Source of the DNA: Candidatus Eiseniibacteriota bacterium
GTDB taxonomy: Bacteria > Eisenbacteria > RBG-16-71-46 > CAIMUX01 > WJJG01
Direction: 5' to 3'
Assembly (NCBI GenBank): GCA_030601305.1
Contig: JAUVTV010000002.1
Coordinates: 1 to 44,656, forward strand
DNA length: 44,656 nucleotides
Made by a program: the position numbers and the translations under genes
Shown: piece after piece, positions 8,232-16,914 of the stretch
How the letters are laid out: each line of letters opens with the position of its first letter
Position numbering within the stretch: position 1 is the stretch's first letter
Notes under the pieces: model-generated
The model's input: the letters and a program-made list of their open reading frames with translations, nothing else
Database searches by the model: none
What the model was told of the DNA's origin: nothing

Positions 8232-9518
8232 TCATTCGAAGAGCGCGTCTCCGCCCAGGCCCACCTGAACGGGCCGGCGAAGCGTCTGCGCGAGCTGTTG
8301 CGGCGTCTGGTCATCGAGGGTCACGCCGTCGGCACTCAGCATGTCCGGCGGCAGGAGCACGAGGTCAAATTCATCCTCGCGTCCGAGCCGCTGCACGATG
8401 TCCACGCCGGACAGAAGGCCGGCCACCGTGACCCCGGGACCCAGGAAACGATTGTGCACGGCGAGCACCCGCACGTCAAAGCCTTGAGCCTCACCGGTGC
8501 GTTCCAAGGCTTCCGGAAGAAGCCGGGTCAGAATCGGCGCGAAGAGCGCGCCGGTGACGAGGACGACGCGCGTCGCGCGATCGGTCTCGGCGCCCGCGGC
8601 GAAGAGGCGCACCCTCTCGCGCAGCTCGCTTTCGAAGCGTCGCACCATGCCGACGCCGTTCTCGATCTGCGGGAAATCCTCATAGGCTTCTTCCGACGGC
8701 AGCGGGCGGCCCGCCAAGAGATACAGCTCGTCGGCGAGATAGTGCCGGCGACTCCCCCATCGCGACCGACAGCGCGCCTGTCGCACCGTCACGCGATCGA
8801 TGATCTCGGCAGCTTCGTCGGGGGTCACCGCGCGCAGAGCCGGCAACCGGTCGCGATGCGACGTGAGCCCCACCGGCACGATCGCCACGCTTTCGATCCC
8901 CGGATGGAGCGACTCGAGATCATCGAGCGTCTGCTCGAGCACCTCTCCGTCGTTGTAATCGGGAACGAGGACGATCTGCGTGTGCATGCGAATCCCACCC
9001 GCCTGCAGGCGCCGCATGCGCGGCAGGATTTCAGCGTCGCCGCGCGGGCGGAGCAGGCGACGACGGACTTCCGGGTCGGTGGCGTGCACCGAGATGTAGA
9101 GCGGGCTCAAGTGCTGCTCGACGATCCGCGCCAGCTCCCACTCGCGCAGATTCGTGAGCGTCACGTAGTTCCCATAGAGGAGGGAGAGGCGATAGTCCTC
9201 GTCCTTCACGTAGAGGCTTCGCCGAAGCCCCTTGGGATTCTGATCCACGAAGCAGAAGACGCACCGGTTGCCGCAGCAACGAATCGGATCCTCGGGCACG
9301 GTCAAGCCCAGGTCCTCGCCCGGCACACGCGTGACGGTGAGGCGGCGGACGGCGCCATCAGCGCCGCGGATCTCGAAGTCGAGTTCTTCGTCTGCCGCGT
9401 GGTAGATCAGGTCGAGGCGATCGCGGATCGGCTCCCCATCGATCGAGAGGACCTCCTCGCCCGCCCGAATGCCGGCACGCGCCGCGGGCGAGCTCTTCCT
9501 GACCTGCGTGATCTTCAT
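8232..9518 (-). CDS. PDZ + DUF512 radical-SAM-like Fe-S protein
   Basis: N-terminal PDZ-like SPAARAGIRAGE; CGNRCVFCFVDQ (CX3CX2C); LYVKDEDYRLS, YISVHAT, QIENGVG, NRFLG..VTVAGLL. Confidence 0.9.
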   Translation of the reverse strand: MKITQVRKSSPAARAGIRAGEEVLSIDGEPIRDRLDLIYHAADEELDFEIRGADGAVRRLTVTRVPGEDLGLTVPEDPIRCCGNRCVFCFVDQNPKGLRRSLYVKDEDYRLSLLYGNYVTLTNLREWELARIVEQHLSPLYISVHATDPEVRRRLLRPRGDAEILPRMRRLQAGGIRMHTQIVLVPDYNDGEVLEQTLDDLESLHPGIESVAIVPVGLTSHRDRLPALRAVTPDEAAEIIDRVTVRQARCRSRWGSRRHYLADELYLLAGRPLPSEEAYEDFPQIENGVGMVRRFESELRERVRLFAAGAETDRATRVVLVTGALFAPILTRLLPEALERTGEAQGFDVRVLAVHNRFLGPGVTVAGLLSGVDIVQRLGREDEFDLVLLPPDMLSADGVTLDDQTPQQLAQTLRRPVQVGLGGDALFE

Positions 9519-9541
9519 ACAGATCGTGCCCCGGAGCGAAA

Positions 9542-9569
9542 CAGGGGACCCGGTCGCCCGGATCCCCTG
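9542..9569 (-). terminator. hairpin after tRNA-Gly, probable terminator
   Basis: 12-bp stem CAGGGGATCCGG/CCGGGTCCCCTG (one G-U), GCGA tetraloop, followed by TTT. Confidence 0.6.
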
Positions 9570-9580
9570 CTATCCGAATC

Positions 9581-9655
9581 TGGAGCGGGCAACGGGAGTT
9601 GAACCCGCGACTCTCAGCTTGGGAAGCTGATACTCTACCACTGAGTTATGCCCGC
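9581..9655 (-). tRNA. tRNA-Gly (anticodon CCC)
   Basis: 75 nt GCGGGCATAACTCAGTGGTAGAG..TCAGC-TTCCCAA-GCTGA..GGTTCAACTCC..GCCCGCTCCA. Confidence 0.97.
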
Positions 9656-9675
9656 CCGAAAACCTCTCACCGGTC

Positions 9676-9704
9676 AGCCTATCCCGCGGCCTTGACCGTG
9701 TCAA
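9676..9704 (-). promoter_or_regulatory. sigma70 promoter for tRNA-Gly
   Basis: Consensus TTGACA-17 nt-TAGGCT, 20 nt upstream of the tRNA. Confidence 0.7.
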
Positions 9705-9708
9705 GCGG

Positions 9709-10659
9709 CTAGCCCTCCCCGGCCTGCCGACAAACGACCTCCGCATGTGCCTTATCCGCAATTAGTTGGGGCGTATCCCCAGAATTGATCTGAATCTCGA
9801 CGATGCCCGTATACCGGTTGCGGAACCAGGTCTCCTGCCGCTTCGCGTACCGCCGCGTGCGCCGGATGAACGCTCCGGTCGCCTCCTCGATCGAGGCCTC
9901 GCCACGCAGTGCACGCGCAAACTCGGTGTAGCCGATCGATTCGAACGCGGGGCGATTCACCGCTACGCCTTGCTCGAGGAGCGCCGCCACCTCTTTGAGC
10001 AGTCCCTCCGCAAGCATGGCTCGCGCGCGGCTTTCGATGCGCGCATAGAGCTCCTCGCGGGGGCGCACGAGAAGGATCAGTGGCGGACCGACCGAGAGAT
10101 CCAGCCGACCTGGGGTGTGCTGCAGCTCGCTGAGAGGCTTCCCGGTCAGTTCCCGCACCTCGAGCGCGCGGCTGACGCGTTGGAAGTCCGCCGGCGACAG
10201 CCGCGCCGCCGAACTGGGATCCACCTCGGCCAGCCGCCGATGGAGGCCCGCATCGCCTTCCCGATCACGTAGGAGGCGATGCCGTTCCCGGATGGCCTCA
10301 TCGGCCGGCGGCATCGCATCCAGGCGGCCGAGGCAGGCGTCCACGTAGAGGCCCGAGCCGCCCACCGCCAGGGCTTCGCAACCGCGCTCCCGGAGTTCAT
10401 CCAGGCGCTCCCCGAAGCGGCGCGCAAAGTCCGCCGCCGTCACTTGCTCAACCGGATCGTACAGGTCGATGAGATGATGCCTCACGCGGGTGCATTCATC
10501 CGCCGTGGGCTTCGCGGTTCCGATGCTCAGCTGCCGGTAGACCTGGCGGGCATCCACCGAGAGAATCTCGGCCCCGAGCCGCTCGGCGAGTTCGATGCCC
10601 ACCGCCGTCTTGCCCACGGCGGTCGCGCCAACCAGGAACACCGGGCGCGCCTCCCGCAT
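9709..10659 (-). CDS. miaA: tRNA dimethylallyltransferase
   Basis: GATAVGKT, SVDARQVY, IGTAKP, HHLID, GGSGLY, TRRYAKRQETWF; follows mutL as usual. Confidence 0.96.
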   Translation of the reverse strand: MREARPVFLVGATAVGKTAVGIELAERLGAEILSVDARQVYRQLSIGTAKPTADECTRVRHHLIDLYDPVEQVTAADFARRFGERLDELRERGCEALAVGGSGLYVDACLGRLDAMPPADEAIRERHRLLRDREGDAGLHRRLAEVDPSSAARLSPADFQRVSRALEVRELTGKPLSELQHTPGRLDLSVGPPLILLVRPREELYARIESRARAMLAEGLLKEVAALLEQGVAVNRPAFESIGYTEFARALRGEASIEEATGAFIRRTRRYAKRQETWFRNRYTGIVEIQINSGDTPQLIADKAHAEVVCRQAGEG

Positions 10660-10663
10660 GGCG

Positions 10664-12496
10664 CTACTCCGGGCCCACGCCGCGCCCGAAACGCCGATCG
10701 AGATCGCGAAGTGAGATGAAGACGAAGGTCGGACGACCGTGGGGATCACCGTGCGGCCGCTGCGTGGCGAAGAGCTCGTCGACCAGACGGTTCATCTCCT
10801 CGACACTCAGCGGCTCCCCCGCTTTGATCGCCGCGCGGCAGGCATAGGATCGCGCGAGGCCCTCGAGCGTCTCGCCCTCGCGCAAGCCCATCGACGTCGC
10901 CTCGTCGAGCAGGTCGCGCAACAGCTCGGCCTCGGTGCGCGCTCGCCACAGAGGCGGGAGGCCGCGGATCATCACGCTGTTCTCGGAGAACTCCTCGGTG
11001 TCGAACCCCATGCGCGCGAGGCTTGCCGCCCCGTCGCGGTAGAGCTGCATCCGCTGCTCGTCCAGTTCAAGGACGACCGGGAAGAGCAGTTGCTGCGCGC
11101 CGCCCTCTCCGCGGGTCATGCGATCGCGGATCTGCTCGTACAGGATGCGCTCGTGCGCCGCGTGCTGGTCGATGATGAGCAGCCCCTTGCGTGTGTGCGC
11201 CAGGACGTACCGGTTGTGGAGCTGCCACAGGGAAACCAGCCCGAGGGTGGCCTCGGCCCCCACGGCTTCGCCCATGAGATCGGCATCGGCAACCAGCCCC
11301 GCACCCGGCGCACCGCCGTACAGGCGAGAAGCCTCCTCGAGGCCATCGAAGGTGCGCGACTCCGCGCGGTGATGCGCCGTCTTCGGCGCGGCCAGGCCAG
11401 CGCCCCTCGTGCCCGCAGGTGTCCCCGCTCGCGCGCCCCCCGCAGGATGCGCCGGCGCCTCGCCCCCCTTCTCGCCCACGAAGAAGCGCGGTAGGAGGCG
11501 CGCGACCGCTTGATGCACGGCCCGCTGGATCGAGCCGAACACCCGCCGTTCGTCCAGGAAGCGCACCTCGCGCTTGGCGGGATGGAGGTTCACGTCCACG
11601 CGGTCCGGCGGGATCACAAGAAAGAGCACGACCCAGGGATTCTGGTGTCCCGGCAGCAGATCACCGAATCCGTGCCGCACCGCCTGCCCGATCCAGGGAG
11701 CCGCCACCCACCGGCCGTTGACGAAGACGTGCTGGTGGAGCGAGCCCGCGCGGGCGAGCTCCGGAACCCCGAGGATCCCGCGCACCACGAGGTCCTTCTC
11801 GCGCCAGCTGACGTCGATCAACTGATCCTCGAGCTGCGCGCCGAAGAGCTGCAGCGCGCGCTCCCGCAGACCGCCGGCCGACGCGACGTCGATGGGCCGC
11901 TTGCCGTCGATCTCGAGGCACCACGCGACGCCCGGCGCCGAGAGCGCGTAGGCCACGCACGTGGCGCGCGCGAGCCGCATCTCCCCGGGGCCCTTCTTCA
12001 GGAAGCGCTTGCGCACAGGGGTGTTGAAGAAGAGGTCCTCGACGGTGACGCTCGTTCCCTGCGCGCGCGCGGCGGCGACCAACGGACCGATCTCGCCCGC
12101 CTCGGCCGTGATCTGCCAGGCGTGCTCCTCCTCCGCGGTGCGACTGACCACCGCGACCTTGGCGATCTCGACGATCGACGCCAACGCCTCGCCGCGGAAG
12201 CCGAGCGATTCGATCGCCAGCAGGTCCTCCTCGCGTGAGATCTTGCTCGTCGTGTACCGCTCGAGGGCGAGGGCCAGCTCGTCGCGCGTCATGCCGCGCC
12301 CGTCGTCGTGGACCCGCACCCGGCGGTCCAACGCCTCCGTGACTTCGATCGTGATCTGCTGCGCGTGCGCATCCAGGCTGTTCTCGATCAGCTCCTTGAC
12401 GACTGCGGCCGGGCGCGTGATCATCTCGCCCGCCGCGATGCGCGCCACCACATCGCGCGGCAGACGACGGATGCTCATCGCAGATTGCTCAGTCAT
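10664..12496 (-). CDS. mutL: DNA mismatch repair endonuclease MutL
   Basis: IAAGE, VVKELIENSLDA, LGFRGEALASI, DVNLHPAKREV, DQHAAHERILYE, ACRAAIK, PHGRP. Start at 12496 or 12478. Confidence 0.96.
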   Translation of the reverse strand: MTEQSAMSIRRLPRDVVARIAAGEMITRPAAVVKELIENSLDAHAQQITIEVTEALDRRVRVHDDGRGMTRDELALALERYTTSKISREEDLLAIESLGFRGEALASIVEIAKVAVVSRTAEEEHAWQITAEAGEIGPLVAAARAQGTSVTVEDLFFNTPVRKRFLKKGPGEMRLARATCVAYALSAPGVAWCLEIDGKRPIDVASAGGLRERALQLFGAQLEDQLIDVSWREKDLVVRGILGVPELARAGSLHQHVFVNGRWVAAPWIGQAVRHGFGDLLPGHQNPWVVLFLVIPPDRVDVNLHPAKREVRFLDERRVFGSIQRAVHQAVARLLPRFFVGEKGGEAPAHPAGGARAGTPAGTRGAGLAAPKTAHHRAESRTFDGLEEASRLYGGAPGAGLVADADLMGEAVGAEATLGLVSLWQLHNRYVLAHTRKGLLIIDQHAAHERILYEQIRDRMTRGEGGAQQLLFPVVLELDEQRMQLYRDGAASLARMGFDTEEFSENSVMIRGLPPLWRARTEAELLRDLLDEATSMGLREGETLEGLARSYACRAAIKAGEPLSVEEMNRLVDELFATQRPHGDPHGRPTFVFISLRDLDRRFGRGVGPE

Positions 12497-13607
12497 CCCG
12501 TTCTTCGTGCTCTGCTCGCCCACGCTCCTCGTCCCTCTCCTCGGTCGTGGTGGGTTCTGCGCCGTTGCGCGTCACGCTGTGCCACAGCCGGCGCAGCCGC
12601 CGCCAGCTGCGGGCCTCCTCTTCCTGCACGGCGAGCCGCACCCAGGCGCGCACCCCAGCGGCTTCCGAAAGGAGCGCCTGGCGTACCAGACCCACCCATC
12701 CGCCCCCGGCGCCACTGGCGACGACATACAGGGTGGTTCCTCGCTCGCCCTTCAACCGCACCGCCGAGAGGCGCGCGGTGCCTAAGCCGCAAGCTGCCGC
12801 CGAAGCATGCGGCGTCTGGCTCTCCGTAAGTTGCGCGACGCCGAGCGTCCCCTGATCCGTTGCGATCTCCGCTCCCCAAACCGCCTCGGCGCCCAAGCGC
12901 GCAGCAATACGGCGCGCCGCCCGCTTGACCCGCACGACGCCGCCGGCCGCCGTCGCGGCGGCCACGCATCGGTCACCTTGCATGACGACCAGCAGCACTC
13001 CCTGGCTTCCGGCACCACTGAGCTGCGCGGTCCTTCGCGCCAACCACTCCCCGAGCCGCCTCGCACGCGCCATCTCGTCGAACCACGCCGGGATCGCGCC
13101 CGGCGACGCCGCCCGAGCCGCAGCCGTCTTCGCGGCGCTCGAGACCTCTGACGCGTGATTCGCGCGCCGGCCGCTCGCGTCCCCCGCACCGTCTCGCGCG
13201 CGTGTCAACACGCGTTCCCAGCGGAAACCGTCCTCGCCCCGGAAACTGGAGAGCTCGATGTCGGAGAGAACGACCAGATCCGGCGGAAGCCCCGCGGGCG
13301 GCGCCTCATCCTGCGCCGCGTAGATCAGCACGTCCAGGTCCGCCAGGGCTTCGCGCGGCGCCTCACGCACGACGGGAAACGAGAGCAAGCTGCCCAGTCG
13401 ATCCACCGTCTCCGAGGGATCCGCGGCCTGGATCCAGGCCACCTCCGCGCGAGGGTCCTGGTAGAGGGCCGGCAGCAGATCGAACTGCTCGCGACCCACT
13501 CCCAGGAACCCGATGCGGATCCTCGTCGACGATGTGGGCTCCATGTCTTGCTCCACCGATCCGGCCGCAACCGTTCGCCGCGGGTCCCCTGTCCCGGAAC
13601 CGCTCAC
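12489..13607 (-). CDS. hypothetical protein, possible N-terminal Rossmann-like domain
   Basis: Fills the gap exactly, overlapping the GT9 stop (GTGA) and the mutL start; N-terminal RIRIGFLGVG..ALYQDPRAEVAWI; Ala/Gly/Arg-rich C-terminal half. Confidence 0.65.
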   Translation of the reverse strand: MSGSGTGDPRRTVAAGSVEQDMEPTSSTRIRIGFLGVGREQFDLLPALYQDPRAEVAWIQAADPSETVDRLGSLLSFPVVREAPREALADLDVLIYAAQDEAPPAGLPPDLVVLSDIELSSFRGEDGFRWERVLTRARDGAGDASGRRANHASEVSSAAKTAAARAASPGAIPAWFDEMARARRLGEWLARRTAQLSGAGSQGVLLVVMQGDRCVAAATAAGGVVRVKRAARRIAARLGAEAVWGAEIATDQGTLGVAQLTESQTPHASAAACGLGTARLSAVRLKGERGTTLYVVASGAGGGWVGLVRQALLSEAAGVRAWVRLAVQEEEARSWRRLRRLWHSVTRNGAEPTTTEERDEERGRAEHEERDD

Positions 13608-14617
13608 GCACGCCCCGCCATCAGATTCCCCAAGGCCGCGACGACGCGCTCAGGCGCCATGTCCCGCCAGCAGCGGCGATGTCCTTGCCAGCACAGGCGC
13701 GGCCCGTGCACGTGACACGGCCTGCAGGACAAATCTACACCATGGACGACGCTTCTTCCCAGCGGTGAGAAGCCCAGTTCGGGGACCGTCGGACCGAACA
13801 GAGCCACGAGCGGCCGCTCCACCGCGGTCGCCAGGTGCTGGATCCCCGAGTCGCTGGAGACGACGGCATCCACTGCGGAGAGAAGCGCAATGACCTCGGG
13901 CAGATCACCCGAGAACGTCCTCTGCAGCCGTCCGGGTCCGCTTTCCAACAGGCCCTCTGCCGGACCGGACCCTGGCGCCAGCAACCGGACGACCCCCCAG
14001 CCGTGTCGTAGAAGCTCGGCCTCGATCGCGGCAGCCAGCTTCTCAGGGATCGCCTTGAGCGGACGCGAGGCGCCCGGCGAAAGGACCACCCAGCCGCGGT
14101 TGGGCGTCCCGCCGGCCCGCAAGGCGCGGGAGAGCGCATCGCGCGCGCAGCGATCGACCGACACCCCCGGCGAGAGCTCTCCCGCCCGCACCTGGTCGCC
14201 CGCCACCACGCGGGCGAAGCGCAGGGCTACCGGTTCGGGACCGGGCACGCGCCGTCCCAGGAGAACCATCACCCGTCGCCGCAAGGCGGCCCGCCGGTAG
14301 GTCCTTCGCTCCGCGCCGGGCGCGTATCGTCGGCAGGCGTGCTTCCCCTTGGCGCCGCCCTGCAGGTCGAGAACCACCGCGTAGGCATCCTGCGCCGGGG
14401 GCGAATCTTCCGCCTCGAGCAGAACGCGCCGGATGCCCGGGAGATCGTGCACGACGGGCGCGAACGCCGGGCGCGTGAGGAAGTCCACGTCCAGATCCGG
14501 CCTGCGCGCGGTCAGGAGTCGCACGACGACGGTCGCCAGCGTGACGTCGCCCAGACTGCTGAGGCGCGCAACGAGTACGGGCCCCTTCCAAGCATCCGCC
14601 GGCCAGGCTCCTTCCAC
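13604..14617 (-). CDS. glycosyltransferase family 9 (LPS heptosyltransferase-like)
   Basis: RLSSLGDV, VLDLQ, SPGAS, SSDSGIQHLATA, VALFGPT, CRPC..C..GHRRC. Start uncertain. Confidence 0.9.
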   Translation of the reverse strand: MEGAWPADAWKGPVLVARLSSLGDVTLATVVVRLLTARRPDLDVDFLTRPAFAPVVHDLPGIRRVLLEAEDSPPAQDAYAVVLDLQGGAKGKHACRRYAPGAERRTYRRAALRRRVMVLLGRRVPGPEPVALRFARVVAGDQVRAGELSPGVSVDRCARDALSRALRAGGTPNRGWVVLSPGASRPLKAIPEKLAAAIEAELLRHGWGVVRLLAPGSGPAEGLLESGPGRLQRTFSGDLPEVIALLSAVDAVVSSDSGIQHLATAVERPLVALFGPTVPELGFSPLGRSVVHGVDLSCRPCHVHGPRLCWQGHRRCWRDMAPERVVAALGNLMAGRA

Positions 14618-14639
14618 CGGATTCTCGCGCGGTGTCGGA

Positions 14640-15002
14640 CTACCAGCGGTACTTGGTGACGAACTCCTCCTCGAAGTCATACCCGTCCTCGAAGTCCGCG
14701 AGGCTGTCCTCGTTGGTCTTGCTGAGGAGGCCCTCCTCCACCATCAGGAACACCAGTTCCCCCACATCGCGGGCGCAGGTGAATCCCAAGTGCTGCAACA
14801 CGCTGAGCGCCATCGGCCCGTACTGGTTGCGACCCTCCTCGGCGAATGCTTCGAGGAGTTGCCGGCCGGAGACGTGTCCCTTGTGCTCGTGCATGAGTCG
14901 GCTGCGCGCCAGAGCCATGAAGATGAAGAAGTACGCCTGGGGCTTGAAGCGCGGCTTGCGCTCGTAGATCTCGTAGATCCGGGCTTCCCGTTCGTCTCTC
15001 AC
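14640..15002 (-). CDS. Minf_1886 (TIGR04138)-like small protein
   Basis: PRF..QAYFFIFMAL, HVSGRQLLE, YGPMALSVL, DVGELVFLMVE.GLLSK...DSLADF...YDF pattern. Confidence 0.8.
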   Translation of the reverse strand: MRDEREARIYEIYERKPRFKPQAYFFIFMALARSRLMHEHKGHVSGRQLLEAFAEEGRNQYGPMALSVLQHLGFTCARDVGELVFLMVEEGLLSKTNEDSLADFEDGYDFEEEFVTKYRW

Positions 15003-15021
15003 CGCCTCATCCTCCCTGACC

Positions 15022-16710
15022 TCAATGGACGCGCCATGCGGGTTGCCGCCGGCCGAACGGCAGCTCGTCGGTTGCCGCCGGGCGCACCTCGTCGTGGATC
15101 GGATCGATCAACGTGTCGCATTGCCAATTGCGGTCGTCGCGCACTGGGTGATCCGCGTTGTGGTGCAGCCCGCGCGATTCGCGCCTCGACGCGGCGGCCC
15201 GGATGATCAGCTCAGCCACGACGGCGATGTTGCGCAGTTCGATCAGATCGCTGTCGAGGATGAAATCCCAGTAGTACCGGTCGATGCTCTCGCGCATCAG
15301 CGCAATGTAGCGTGACGCCAGGGACAGACGGTGATCGGTGCGCACGATGCCGACGAAGTCCCACATCAGGGCGCGCACCATCTGCCAGTGCGCATCGACC
15401 AGAACCGATTCCTTCGCGACCGTCGCCGTCCCCGGGTCCCACGGCGGCACCGCGCCGTGCGATGCGACGGGGTTCCTGCCGGCCGCATCTCTTGCGCCGC
15501 CGGCCCGCGCGGCCCGCAGCGCGAAGACCACCGCCTCGAGCAGCGAGTTGCTGGCCAGACGATTGGCTCCGTGGAGTCCGGTGCACGCGGTCTCCCCTGC
15601 GGCGTAGAGGCCCACGAGATCCGTGCGCCCATCGCCGTCGGTCACGACGCCGCCGCACAGGTAGTGGGCCGCCGGCACCACCGGCACGGGATCGCGCGCG
15701 ATGTCGACCCCCATCTCGAGGCACGAGGCGTAGATCATCGGAAAGCGCCTCTTGACCCGTTCGCGACCGATCGCACTCAGGTCCAGCATCACGTGGCGGT
15801 CGCCCCGGCGCTTCATCTCCTGGTCGCACGCCCGCGCCACGACGTCGCGGGCGGCAAGCGAGCCCATCGGATGATAGGCGTCCATGAACGCTTCACCGGA
15901 GATCGACTTGAGGATCGCACCTTCCCCGCGCAAGGCCTCCGAGAGGAGGAAGCGGCCGCCGCGCGGGTCGTACAGGCAGGTGGGATGAAACTGGACGAAC
16001 TCCAGGTTGGCCAGGCGCGCCCCGGCGCGGTAGGCCATTGCCAGCCCGTCGCCCGTCGCCACGTCCGGATTGCTCGTGTAGCGGTAGACCTTGCCGCACC
16101 CGCCGGAGGCGAGAAGCGTCTGCGGCGCCAAGAACACCCGGATCTCACCGCCCGCGGCATCCAGCGCATAGACCCCGAGCACCACGGTCAGCCCGGCCTC
16201 CGGGATACTCCCCTCCAGCTTCGCCGTCGTGATGAGGTCGATGGCGCAGTGGTGCGGGTAGAGGTCGATCTGCGCGTGCTCGCGGACGCGCGCCAGCAGC
16301 GCCTCCTCGATGACCCGGCCGGTCTCGTCCGTGGCGTGCAGGATCCGGCGGTGCGAGTGCCCTCCCTCACGACCCAGGTCGTAGGCCTCGCCGCTGGGCA
16401 CGCGGGCAAATGTGACGCCGTAGCCCTCGAGCGTCTCAATCGCCTCGGGGCCCTCCTCCACCACGCTCTGCACCAGGGACTCGCTGCCGAGACCCGCCCC
16501 GGCAGCCACCGTATCGGCACTGTGCGCCGCAAATGTATCCCCTGGGTCACTTACGGTGGCAATCCCGCCCTGGGCCAGGCGCGTGCTGGATTCGACCGCC
16601 TCGCGCTTCGTGAGGATGGCCACCCGGCCCCAGCGGGCCACCTCCAGGGCATAGACCAGGCCGGCCAGGCCGGAGCCTATGACGAGGAAGTCATAGCGGT
16701 ACTCGCACAT
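15022..16710 (-). CDS. nadB: L-aspartate oxidase
   Basis: IGSGLAGL, AQGGIA, REGGHSHRRILH, QFHPT, SEALRGEG, HYLCGG, GLHGANRLASNSLLE, ESRGLH. Confidence 0.96.
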   Translation of the reverse strand: MCEYRYDFLVIGSGLAGLVYALEVARWGRVAILTKREAVESSTRLAQGGIATVSDPGDTFAAHSADTVAAGAGLGSESLVQSVVEEGPEAIETLEGYGVTFARVPSGEAYDLGREGGHSHRRILHATDETGRVIEEALLARVREHAQIDLYPHHCAIDLITTAKLEGSIPEAGLTVVLGVYALDAAGGEIRVFLAPQTLLASGGCGKVYRYTSNPDVATGDGLAMAYRAGARLANLEFVQFHPTCLYDPRGGRFLLSEALRGEGAILKSISGEAFMDAYHPMGSLAARDVVARACDQEMKRRGDRHVMLDLSAIGRERVKRRFPMIYASCLEMGVDIARDPVPVVPAAHYLCGGVVTDGDGRTDLVGLYAAGETACTGLHGANRLASNSLLEAVVFALRAARAGGARDAAGRNPVASHGAVPPWDPGTATVAKESVLVDAHWQMVRALMWDFVGIVRTDHRLSLASRYIALMRESIDRYYWDFILDSDLIELRNIAVVAELIIRAAASRRESRGLHHNADHPVRDDRNWQCDTLIDPIHDEVRPAATDELPFGRRQPAWRVH

Positions 16711-16789
16711 GCGGGGACACTCCCGGAGATGCGCCATCGGGGGGGCTCTTCCAGCGACGGAATCGCTTGTCGCCTTTGGGCTTCAGGCG

Positions 16790-16818
16790 AGTATAGGGAA
16801 GGCCGATAGGTGGGGCAA
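16790..16818 (-). promoter_or_regulatory. sigma70 promoter for the nadB...miaA run
   Basis: TTGCCC-17 nt-TATACT. Confidence 0.6.
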
Positions 16819-16914
16819 AGGCCGAAAACACGTGTCCGGGGCACGCCCCGGGCGAGGAGCTGGCTCGAGGGGAGAGGCTCACTCGGGCCGAAGACCAAGC
16901 GGGGAGGTTGTGCC

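Noticed and set aside
6843-9602. 919-aa plus-strand ORF
   Set aside because: Antisense shadow of der and the DUF512 gene, also running into tRNA-Gly; no motifs; such ORFs are expected in GC-rich DNA.
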